This document shows, piece by piece, positions 1 to 12,200 of a stretch of 64,000 nucleotides of DNA. The translations under genes were made by a program, and so were the position numbers. Below the pieces are notes generated by a model. That model was not told the DNA's origin, searched no databases, and saw nothing but the letters and a program-made list of their open reading frames with translations. The stretch is taken from the NCBI RefSeq assembly GCF_009914755.1, contig NC_060931.1; one strand, written 5' to 3'. The stretch comes from the human T2T-CHM13v2.0 reference genome, Homo sapiens. Each line of letters opens with the position of its first letter. Within the stretch, counting starts at the first letter, position 1.

Positions 1-1214
1 TAAGTAAGTACACTGAAATTTCTGTTATTAAACCCTTAAATTTAAGTATAGTACTTATTATGTGCCATACCACAAAGTAAGTGCTATATAAAAAGTTCTA
101 AGGACTTTAATACTATTAACTCATTTAACTCACTTCATTATATTAGCAACAGAAAATAAATCACCATGTCCTATGGCTAAAATGTAACAACACAACCCAA
201 GATGAAGCCCCAAAGGAAAAACAGATTATCATGTGATACACTGTGAGAACATGGTATTCACCAGTTCATGCAAAATTCACTCTTTCGCATTTGTGAGGAC
301 TGAGGACCTCAGAGCATACCAAAAGAATTAAGACAGAGATGAAAGAAAAATTATCTCAGGGCATTATTTTTCTACTTGTAGTCAATGAACAGTATGTAGA
401 TCTTCACAGAGGAACTAAGCCATTTGGTTAATCCCAAAATCAGAGGGATTTAAATCTATCACCTTTCAACTGGTTGGGAGAAGGAAGGTATTGTCTTGCT
501 TCCACACCCATTACTCTATTTAGACCAAAGTTAGAAACATTCGCAGTGCAGTTTGAAAGTAAAAGATAGTGAAAGCCAGGCTCTTTCCTCCTAAGACCTT
601 GCATTGTGGCAACACCAACAGTGGTAGCATAGTCAGGGTGGAGCATTTCCTAATTTCTAAAGTGGTTTCAAAAATATCTTATTTGATACTCAGTCCAGGA
701 TTGTAAATAGGGAGATATGTTTTTTAATTGTGAAGTGAAATGACTGGTTTGGCATAACACAGCTAGAATCTAATTATCAAAGAAGTTCAGTGGCTTTTTG
801 TGCCACCTACCCTATATCCAGAGTTTGTAGTTCCTTCCTGGAGTTAAGACTAAGTCCTACTGGGCTACTAAAATGGGTAAATGGAACCGATTGCAAACCC
901 TTGCAAGTCATTTTGAGGCCCAATACGAAAAAAAAAAAAAAAAACATTAATAATAAATTCAATCATTAGCCATAAAGAACGTCTAGACTTTCCGCAGGGC
1001 TATATAAGTCCTATGGAGACCAGAAATAGAATCTTCTAGAATTGCAGGTTCCAAATTGTGTCCTTAGGTGCTTGTGGTCCTCACAGTTCAAATGTACCTA
1101 CACTCAAGAGTACTCCTTTCCTTTCAGTCCCCCATGCTCCCTGAATGGGTTTGAATAACTATATTGAGGAGGTTTTTATTATTATTATTATTATTAATTA
1201 ATTTTTTACTAGGT

Positions 1215-1335
1215 CATAAGGTCAGTGAAGACAGAAACCTTCTTTATCTAGTTCACCGTTGTTTCCCCAACACTAATATAGTGCTTGAGACTTAGATGGT
1301 ATGCAATATATCCATGTTGATTAAAGGAAGGAAGG
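1215..1335 (+). mobile_element. L2 3' end fragment
   Basis: TTCACCGTTGTTTCCCCAACACTAATATAGTGCTTG...TGTTGATTAAAGGAAGG resembles the L2 3' terminus; heavily decayed. Confidence 0.55.
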
Positions 1336-1661
1336 CAGGAAGGTGGGGAGAAAGAGAAAAAGGGGAAGGAAGATGCTTCTGCAATCCTGCTTCTGTCCTA
1401 GTCCTTTTGCAACCTCTCCTTTTGGTCGCGCGTTGGGTTATCTTACCAGCCCCTCTGTCTTCTCCTACATCTTCAAGGAAGTTTCCATTTTTGAAGCCTT
1501 GACGCCATCACTTTCGTCTCTTATGATGGGACATTCAGAATGTTTTACAGGTGTTTTACTACTATAATCAAAGCTGCTATAAGCATTTTTCCCATTATTT
1601 CCTTAGAATAGATTCCTAAGAGTGGAAGGGTTGTTTCAAACTTCATGTGTAAACATTTTAA

Positions 1662-2250
<589 letters not shown>

Positions 2251-2424
2251 CACATTTCTTTTTCCCTGATCATTTGATAATATCTTAGAGGCCTCATGCC
2301 CCTTTACCCCTGAATCCTTTAGAGTGCATATCCTGAGAAGAAAGAGATTCAGTTACACAATCCCAGTACAATCTTCAAAATCAGGGCATGGTTTGACAGA
2401 CCTTCATGTGTAATGTATGCTTCT

Positions 2425-2609
2425 CTTTTTTTGTTAATTTGTGGGAGTACATAGTAGGTATAAATATTTATGGGTTGTATGAGATATTTTGATATATGCG
2501 TGCAATGTGTACTGATCACATCAGGATAAGTGGGGGTATCCACCACCTCATGAATTTTTCCTTTGGGTTACAAACAATCCAGTTATACTCTATTAGTTCT
2601 TTTTAAATT
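2425..2609 (-). mobile_element. 5'-truncated L1MA 3' end
   Basis: GTACATAGTAGGTA...ATGAGATATTTTGATA...TTACAAACAATCCAGTTATACTC; candidate TSD TAATGTAT(GC/AT)TTCT at 2411-2424 and 2610-2623. Confidence 0.8.
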
Positions 2610-4179
2610 TAATGTATATTTCTTATTTCCTCCTTGACACTGGGTTAAGGAGTTTAAGGTCAACAGGTGAATCCCATGGTGCCATATACGTCTAGGATTT
2701 GGCATAGTATACTACACCTAATGGGAACTAAATAAATATCTCCTGATAACTTTCTTAAGACAACAAGAAAGGGGCTTTCCACAGGCACTCCTCTACTAAG
2801 TTTTAATTTGAAAATAGAGGCTCATCAAAATGAAAACATAAGTGGTTCAGGATATTTGAGCACAGCTATGCTCAGGCTGTGGCATATGTTAAAACTGAAT
2901 TTCATACCAGATCTAGAGCATTATGCTTGATTATATTCATGCTACAATTAAAGTAATTACTTCACTTTAAAATTAATGCACTCTAAATATGTTTAATGAC
3001 TGAGATTAAGATATGCAATTATAGTATAAATACATGAAATGATGTTGTGGTGTGTTTATACTAATTACTATGTGTCGGCTAAAATAGCTGGAGTGAACAC
3101 TTTAATAAGCACCCAGTAAAGCTGCTCCCAGCCTGTGTAGCAAAGATGCTCCTGGACCATGTGCCACATGGGAGAAGCACTGTGGTTGGAGCTTTAAGTA
3201 GAGAAAAAAAAGTTGCCTTTTTCCTCGTCCATTTGATAGTTATGTCAATAAATGGCTAATGAATAGGAATTGCCTAATGCATGAAAATCCTCTTAAGTAT
3301 AACAGAAAAGATCTTGACTTGAGTGCTCCATTTTGCACAAGCATAGAAATACAGACACAATTTACCAGAATAAATATAGTGTCCTGAAGAAAATGTAACT
3401 CTGCAGGCAAAGCCGCTTCTCTCTCACAAGCCTGTTGCAAAATTCCTTAGGTCTCAGACTTACTAAATGCAAGTTTTGCACAAGCATAGAAATGCAGAGT
3501 GTATTTCCTAAGAAGAAAGACATTTTTACAATTTGCCTGAGAAGGCAGCTGCCATAATTGTAAATAAATACTGATGAATATAGCCTTGCATTTGCTAAGC
3601 CTAAGACCTAAGGAATTTTACCAGTATAACCTGAATTATGACTTTTCATTTGTTTGCTTTAGCAAATAACACATAATTTAATGTGTTATATGTAATAATA
3701 TAAACCCCCATCACGATGCTTTTGCTAATACATGTTTGCTTTATAACGTTTTGCCTGGTGCTTCAAAATATTAACATTTTATCACCTTAAGCTCCAGGAC
3801 TCAGAAGGCTTTGGTTGTTCCCAGAGAGTTGTAAGATTTCCCCTTCTCTTCTCAAACTTACTTAGGCTTGGCAATGCCCAATAGTTTTGGCATTCTTCCA
3901 ATAACTACCCTTTCCTTTTTATGTTTATGCTCCACTGTGTTTCAGAGATAATTCAGTCCATGTGTTTCTGATTCATTGACTCGTATGCCATCAAAGTACT
4001 GTTGCTTAGAATTACTTGATGCCCAGGTAGTCTTACTAAGCCAGTTCATACATCACTTCTCTTTCAAACAGAAGGGGGGATTTTGTAAGCTTTACAAAGT
4101 AACTAGCAGGGAAAGTGTGTTTGATTTTAAATTCCTGTAACTCATAGCTTCCCATGTCTCAGTTTTTCAGCACATTTAC

Positions 4180-4401
4180 TGTCTTAGTCTGCTCAGGCTG
4201 CTGTAACAAAATACCATAAACTGGGTGGTTTAAACAAGTGACATTTATTTCTCACAGTTCTGGTGGCCGAGAAGTCCAAGATCAAGGTTCTAGCAGATTT
4301 GGTTGCTAGTAAGGCCTTCTTCCTGGCTCATAGACAGCCAGCCACTTTCTCTCTGGGGCTTCATACAGCTTTTCCTTTGTAAGTGGGGATGGAGACTCTC
4401 T

Positions 4402-4433
<32 letters not shown>

Positions 4434-4622
4434 CTCTCTCTCTCTCTCATTCTCTTGCTCTCTCACTCTTCCTCTTCTTCTTCTTATAAGGGCACAAAAT
4501 TCATTATGAGAGTCTCATTGTCCTGACCTAATCTGAATCTTGGTCACACTCCAAGTACCATTACTGGAGATTACAGCTTCCACACGTGAATTTTGGGAGA
4601 CACAAATACTCAGTCCATAACA
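4180..4622 (-). mobile_element. MaLR solo LTR (MLT1A-like) with internal (CT)n
   Basis: TGTCTTAGTC...GCTGCTGTAACAAAATACCATAAACTGGGTGG start and CAGTCCATAACA end; TG...CA termini; 5-bp TSD TTTAC/TCTAC; (CT)n at about 4397-4450. Confidence 0.88.
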
Positions 4623-5707
4623 TCTACAAAACACTGGAAACACATTAAAGAGGCAATAGTCTTGGATATAGATTTGCACAGCTTGGGTGGAACTGCAAAC
4701 AGCATCACCCCTCTCATGGAGATGAGTGGAAAGGCCTCAACTCCCATATGATCACCTTACCAACTTGAGAGGGTGACACCACAGTGAGAAAGTGAGAAAA
4801 GCAATTGACAAACTAAAACTAAGATGTGCCTGATCAGCTGCAGAACCAGTTTTGCCACTGAATAAATGATTGGCTTTGTGCATCAGGGTTATAAAGAGTG
4901 CTGAGAGTAAATCAATGTTATACCTCAACAAAAAGACAAATTACTGTATTTCAGATAAATATTCTTTTCAGAGAAAAGGGCAGGGATGCTTAATATCTAT
5001 TATAAAAGGCTTAGATTCCCTAAACTCAGGGTTTCTCCCCTGTAATGTAACATATTGTGTGTCTTAGTGTCACCTGGCATTTTTTCGTATTTGCTTGTGA
5101 GAATTGAGGCTGAGGAATCAAAAAAAAAAATGCTAATACTATTCCTACTGCAATTGCCACATGAATGATGGGCAAATGAACAGATATGAAATAACACAAA
5201 CACATGAAAAAGTTCATTGTAAAATCTAGCGAGTGGGTGGTTATGTGAGTGTTTTTATGTAATTTTGTCAACTTTTCTGGTTTATTGAAATATGTATAAT
5301 AAAATATTGGTTACATACATGTTTTTAAAAATCTTACTTCAATTGGTCAGAAATTGAATGAAATTAGCAAAGCGCACTTGCATTACCTCACCCTGAATAT
5401 TCATTTGTTCCCTGTCATTTACTCTTTTATCAATTATTGAGCAGATTTCCAACCAGCCGAAACCTCTGAGGTACTTTAGCAACACCTGTTGTCCCTCAAA
5501 TGCCCCATATACTTGAGCCTATTTCTCTACTATCCAATCTTGTCTACATTATATTCCATTCTTGGCCAGCTCTTTGCTGGCTATAAATTTTGAGATGGAT
5601 TTTATAAAAAGCTTCTTAGGTGTGCCATAGAAGAAGAAGAAATGAGCTGGAAGTCAGAGGACTGGAGCCCTCACCGTAGTTCTCCCACTGATTCCTACAA
5701 TTAGCCA

Positions 5708-5898
5708 GTGTTTGTTGAGCAGTGAGTAATTTTTGAGATAATTTGACACATTTAGTTCTCACAACAACCCTATCATTCCTATTTGACAGATGAGAAAAGG
5801 TGAGTCAGATAGGTTATATATTTTGGTAAGGGTTTCATGATACAGGCAAGATTTGAACAGTGACTTGTCAAACTCCAAAGCCTGGGACTACAACCACT
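5708..5898 (-). mobile_element. MIR
   Basis: CTCACAACAACCCTAT...TTTGACAGATGAGAAA...GATTTGAAC...CTCCAAAGCC core motifs. Confidence 0.7.
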
Positions 5899-6316
5899 TG
5901 TTTGTATTGTCCCCCAAGCCTCATTACTTCTTTCTTCCTATAATAAAGATATCTTATTTCACAGGAATTTTTTTAACATCACATATAAAATCTAGTTGAG
6001 AAACTATATTTTAAATTTTATGGAATTCTATAAATGGAGGTACAAACATCATCAAGGCATAGAAAACTCCACACTGGCTTTGAGAAGTGAAATACAGTGT
6101 GGCATCCCATAACAGCAACCCCTCAGAAGAATACCTCCTTGCTTAACAATTAGACTTTTTTACTTTGACAATTACAACACAGTGTGTGTGCATGCACCTT
6201 TAGTCCTATTAACACTAAAGCTCACACCAGAACACAATTAATTGATTCATTCTAAAATCATATATTTATTATTGCAATTTAACAGAAGGACTTAATGACT
6301 ATATATTTCCTCAACT

Positions 6317-6478
6317 CAGTGGTTACTAAAATCGAAAGCCTACAAAAATCAACATAAAAAAGCATTTTTGGGTCCATCTCTAAGATATTCCTATAGACTG
6401 GGTTGGATAAGCTGAATTTGAAGATTTTAGAAGCCTTACTGGGTTATTTTGAAAACAGCAGATTTAAAGACCAATGCC
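6317..6478. mobile_element. MER5-like hAT-Charlie relic
   Basis: CAGTGGTTACTAAAA start and TTTAAAGACCAATG end resemble decayed MER5 TIRs. Confidence 0.45.
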
Positions 6479-8024
6479 TCAACAAAAAGAAATATGTTTG
6501 GAACAATACTTTTATGGGCATCATATCATGCTTGATGGGAGAAGTATTTGGTAGCAAGAAGACTCTTCAAGTTATACTATGTATACTGCACCCACAACAC
6601 ACACGATAATTAGCTCGGTTCCCCTCAGTGAATTAGATCACAGGGATTAAACATACTATGTCAAAAGCTTATAACTTACAATAAGGCTACCTAAATGTCA
6701 GTTGTATTTATGTTATGCGGGAAAAACACCTCAGAATACAAAAGCTATCCAAAAGCCAATTTTTCAAAAGAAATTATTACAATTACTTGGCACACAAATA
6801 AGTTGTTACAATTCTTTGCTAAACTTTTTCATCTAGAAAAACAGTAATAGTGATAATTTATTTTGTATACTATCAAAGAAAGGTAGTTAGTGGGGATATT
6901 TAGTAGTTTCAAGTCTAACTATTTTTTGCATCAGAAAACTGATTAATACCTTTTATTGGAGATATTACTCTGCTAACTTACATTGTTTAAGTCATTGTAT
7001 ACATACAGGAAGCAAAAAATGACTTTTCCATGCTAACGTTTCTGCAGTTTGTTACAGATGAAAAATAGTTTCATTTTGTGTGCACAGAATAAAGAAGGTT
7101 AGAAGGTTACAAATCATGTTTGTATAAGGTATTACGGCATCTCTCCAGTCAATTGGAAAATTAAATTTATGGATGCACTGACCAAATCAAAACAATGTGC
7201 TTTATTTTTTTCTCCAGAAAATCTTCAGCCCAAATAGCAATTTGGCTTCCTATTCCTCTACTTAGAAAATGCGTTTTGATTTACTACAAGTGTCTAATTT
7301 AATCAAAGATATGAACATGTAAATGGTATCTGGTTTCTGTTTTATTGTGTTTTCAGAACATAAATGAGAAACAGTGAGAAATGTACTTTCTGAAGACATC
7401 TCTTGTATATTTTCTCAGCAGTGCTTCTAGATTTCGAACTTTTTCAGAAGCATCTAAAATGTAAGAAAGTTTTATTTGATATCTAATATGAAACAGTCTC
7501 TGAGATAAAAATTATTTCATCCCCAAAGAAAGTATGAATTTGCAGGAGATATACATGCTGAGAGTAGAAAATATTAGCATGCATAGAGTTACAGAATTCT
7601 TCTTATTCTTGTGTTTAACATTGAAAAACACTTAAAGTTCTAAGTTATGATTCCTAGATCTTTTCAAAGAAGATCATTGTGAAGTGAACACCTAGGGAAT
7701 GATAGATAAAAACTCCAATACAGCACATTTCTGCCTGTCTTTTCCATCTAGAAGTAAGCTTAAGAGCAATGTGCAGGAGGCTTTCATCCCACAACAGCCT
7801 TTCTATAAAGGAGTCAATCTTACCTCAATAAAGATGTTTTTTTAAAAAACAAAAATTCCACTCCAGTCACTCACCTTTTGTGTGCCTGAGTAGAACCAAA
7901 CAAAACTTTGAAGCAAACCCTCACCTCTACATGTACGTAAAAAGTTGTAACATACTTCATCATTACTCTGATCAGAGATGTTCCAACTGGCTTCCAACAG
8001 AGTTTATATGCTATTAAAATTTTT

Positions 8025-8474
8025 TACCTATCAGGCTGGCAAATATCTAAAAGCTCAACAATACACACTTTTTTGGAGAAGTTGTGAGAAAACTGGCACT
8101 CTCATGCAATGTTGATGCATATACAAAATGGATCAACCCCACTGTAAGGGAATTTCCAATAACTATCAAAACCACATATTCATTTCCCCTTTGCGGCATC
8201 CTTTCTAAAATCCATAATGTCTTAGATCTACATTTCCAAAAATGAATAAGGGATATATGCACGAGGCTATTTATTACTTCCAAAGACTGAGCTAATTCAA
8301 ATGTTCAACAATAGAGAACTGCCTGAATAAATTATGATATACCCAAAAATGTGCAATGCAACTGTAAAAGAGATTAAAATGTTCTCCAAGATATTTTACT
8401 CAGTGAGAAAAGCAATGTACAAATTAGGTTTATCATATGCAATTGTGTGAAGGAATGGGAATATTATATGTATT

Positions 8475-8523
<49 letters not shown>

Positions 8524-9180
8524 ATATATATATTTTTCCAGAAAAAAGCAATTGGATTTTGAAGTAAGAGTTAGTAAAAATGTTTACACAGATGGATAAA
8601 GACAAAACTAGGTATGAGTATATATGTTGTATATGAAAGCAAATGCTCTCTGAATGTACATTGTCTTACAGTTTTGGTTTTGGATGCAAATTATCAAATT
8701 AAAAGAGAAGATTAAAATTTGTAAAAGCAATTCTTAAAAATTAAAAATAGTTAACAAATGAGCTTAACTGAATACCATGTTAATGACATACTAGAGAAGT
8801 CTTATTTCTAGTGCTTTTAAACTGAGTCTTTTGAGTGTCTGTCCCAGTCAGGGAATATTCAATGGACAAAAAGAGCCACAAGGAGTTTAATGTTGCATTA
8901 AGTGGCCTTGTCTTTAAAGAAAGTGGAATAAATCAGATAAGTAATGGTATTAATGTCATTAGGTACCAAATTTCTCATTGTAAGTAAAAAGATTTTTAAA
9001 AAGTAATCCAAGAAGGAAAACCCTACAGTATTTATTTTTATTTGAAAATAAGAGTATCGATTCATGTGCTGTATATGAGTGTGTGTGTGTGTACATTTTT
9101 TGATATCAAGCTTATAGAAAAGTTTCTAGAATAGCACAAGAAACTCCCATAACTCTTTACCAATTTCCCAGGAAAAATAT
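8025..9180 (+). mobile_element. Old L1ME/MD 3' region (fragmented) with (CA)n(TA)n at 8478-8532
   Basis: ACCTATCAGGCTGGCAAA...GCACTCTCAT...AAATGTTCAACAATAGAGAACTG motifs of the L1M ORF2 end and 3' UTR. Confidence 0.55.
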
Positions 9181-9204
9181 TTTTAAAATATTTTTTTAAA
9201 GGAA

Positions 9205-9864
9205 GAAAAGAACCAACTTCTGAATTCATCCATCTTTTGTATGGTTTTCCATGTCTCAGTTTCCTTCAGTTCAGCTCTGATTTGAGTTATATCTTGTCTT
9301 CTGATAGCTTTGGGGTTTGTTTGCTCTTGTTTCTCTAGTTCTTCGAGCTGTGATGTTAGGTTCTTAATTTGAGATCTTTCCAACTTTTAGATGTGGGCCT
9401 TTAGTGCTCTAAGGTTCCCTCTTAACACTGCCTCAGCTGCGTCTCAGAGATTCTGGCATGTTGTATATTTGTTCTCATTAGTTTCAAAGAATGTCTTGAT
9501 TTTTTGTCCCCTTAACTTCATTATTTACCCAAAAGAAGCAGGTTGTTTAATTTCTATGTAATTGTATGGTTTTGAACAATTTTCTTAGTATTATTTCTAT
9601 TTTTATCACACTATGGTTCGAGATTGTGGTTGGTATGATTTTATTCTTTTTAAATTTATTAAATATTGTTTTATGTCCAATTGTTTGGTTGATTTTTGAG
9701 TATGTGCCATGTGGTGATGAGAAGAATGTCTATTCTGTGGTGTTTGGCTGGAGCGTTCCATAAATGTCTATTAGGTCCATTTGGTCAAGTCTTGATTTCA
9801 GGACCTGAATATATTTGTTAATAATCTGCCTTCATTATCTGTCTAATGCTGTCAGTAGGGTGGC
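9205..9864 (-). mobile_element. Internal L1 ORF2 fragment (endonuclease end to Z region), L1PA13-16/L1PB-like
   Basis: Minus ORF 9183-9383 gives [39 protein letters not shown], which is L1 ORF2p; no 3' UTR or poly-A. Confidence 0.85.
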
Positions 9865-10255
9865 AATTAAAAAGTAAAATTTTCATAGGTGAAATACGAC
9901 ATTTGGGGTTGCCTTCATAATATTTTAGGCAAAAAAGTAGATGCTTGTGATGAACAAAATAAGAATGGCAGAATGTTGATAATTTTGAAACTGATAATGA
10001 GGACCTTGGGATATATCATGGTATTCTCTCCACTTTTGTGTATATTTGGAAATTTTTATTAAAAAAAAAATCAAATGTGAGAAAAATGAACCAATTGTTT
10101 TAATGACTGGTTTTAAGTCAAATCAAATTAATATACAAGAACTCCATTATTATGCCCTACAGAGGAAGAGGAGAGGTGAAATAAAAGATAATACAGTGAC
10201 AAATGCAGGGATGGTAGACTTATGATGGTAGGCGAAAAATATTGATAGCATAGGA

Positions 10256-10450
10256 TTTTTTAATTTAAAAATAGGCCTAGGACATTAATTCTAGTAACAA
10301 ATTGAGTACAATTGAACAAGAAAATGGAAAGCTACATAGCAGGAGAAAAACAGAAAATCTCTATGAAAAGTTGAGTCTGTCAAGATGTAACAATCCAAGA
10401 ATAAATAATCCCAGGGAAATAAATCAAAATGAGCTGCAGAAAAAAAAATT
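10256..10450 (+). repeat. Copy 1 of local ~195-bp dispersed duplication
   Basis: Aligns to 12001-12200, including the identical 36-mer AATCCAAGAATAAATAATCCCAGGGAAATAAATCAA. Confidence 0.92.
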
Positions 10451-10574
10451 GATTTCAAGGAGCTTTCCCTATCAGGGTAGTTAATTCTATATTTAGTTAA
10501 AATTGCCATATCATTTTTCCTTTAAAAATAAATGTCATCAAACTTGCCCAGAGAATATAAAATGGAAAGAACAA

Positions 10575-10750
10575 TTTGGAGGCAGTATGCACTCTCAAGT
10601 CTTGAAGTCCAGAATCTAAGCCCGAATCTCAGATTTTGGATGACAATTATCCTGTTAATCCATTTGTCCTCTGTGGGCATTTTTTTCCTCATCTCCAAAG
10701 TGAGGGATATTAAAGAAATTATCTCAGTGTTCTATGATTGACATTCTGAA
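10575..10750 (+). mobile_element. MIR3/MIR fragment
   Basis: CTTGAAGTCCAGAATCT...TTTCCTCATCTCCAAAGTGAGGGATATT. Confidence 0.5.
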
Positions 10751-11839
10751 TTATATGACCCAAGTTTATTTTTTCTTGCCTCTCCAAATTTCTCTGATTC
10801 TTTTGCACTGTTTCAGACTAGAGGAGATCAACTGAGTCCAGCCTTGCCCCTCCTCCTTCATTGCTAAACATTCTTTCGCTCCCCCCAAGTCCCCCACCCC
10901 TAAATACACATTTCTGGCAGCATGGGTGAATGCAAGAGGCAGGAGGCTGGGAAGCAATTTATAATCATATATACTGCTGCTGTCACCTTGGAGAGAGAGA
11001 CAATTTATAATAAACAATGGACCTCTTAAAATTATCAAAGCAGTGGTCCTCAGCATATGGGGTCAGATCTCCAGAGAGTCGCTGATGGTTTTGAGGGTCT
11101 GGCTAGCATTTGTATCCTGTGTTGGCTCCTCATAAAGCTCCCTCTCACCTCTTCTCCTGGATTCTGTAAGGGCCACCCTAGGAAATGCCAGGGTAAATTA
11201 GTCTAAGCAATAAAAGATGAACTACAGAAAGGAAGACCTCAGTTTGGCAACTAAGATGAAAAGCAATGCTTTTGGTGGTTAGACGCTAGGTATGAAGAAA
11301 CAAGAATGTGAAAAGCAAATCAGGTAACGTATTGAATGAAATAGAGAAAATTCTTTTCTTTCTATTTTGATGTAGTCACTAATGGGCTAGAGAGTTATGT
11401 GTGATATGGTAAAAAGAACATTGATTTTAATACCTGAAGACCTGTGATCAAATTGCAGTTCCATCCTGTTTTAGATTTCTGCTTCTGTGCTAGTAATATA
11501 GACTCAAACTTAGGGACATAGAACGATAATAAAAATGATTTCCCTCACATACCTGCCTTTACCTGTCTACACCAATGTCTCAAGGCCACCATTACTGGTG
11601 TCATTTTTGGAACTGAGACATTGATTCAGAGGGACAAGACAAATTAGAGACAAACTGACCCACCACTTTAAGTCATTCATTCATTTTTTTTCAATTCATG
11701 TATTCATTCAGTTCTTTCCTCTATAACCTACTCCACACAAGACACTTGGATAGATGAGATGAGCCAGGTTAGAAGGTACACCTGTTAATCTGGGATAGAG
11801 ATGATTGTTGAACAAAGAGCTGGTGTCAAGCATACATTG

Positions 11840-12000
11840 TGTCACTTAATGCTCACAAGCACCTTGAGAGGGAGGTTTTATTATCCAGATTTTACAGATG
11901 AAGAAAGTAGGATGAAAAAAGATAAATAAATTATCCTTAAAAGATGAATACATTATAGCTGCTGGGTCACAGAGCAGGGATTTGAGAATAGGCTTGCTTA
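11840..12000 (-). mobile_element. MIR
   Basis: TTAATGCTCACAAGCACCTTG...ATTTTACAGATGAAGAAA...AGAGCAGGGATTTGA. Confidence 0.7.
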
Positions 12001-12200
12001 TTTTTATTTAAAAAATAGGCTTAGGACATTAATTCTAAGTCTAATAGGAAGTTGAGTACAATTAAACAAAAAAATGGAAATTTATGTAGCAGAAGAAAAA
12101 CAGAAAATCTCCATGAAAAGTTAAATCTGTCAAGAAGAAATAATCCAAGAATAAATAATCCCAGGGAAATAAATCAATATGAGCTGCAGAAGAAATAACT
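12001..12200 (+). repeat. Copy 2 of local ~195-bp dispersed duplication
   Basis: About 90% identical by manual count to 10256-10450. Confidence 0.92.
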
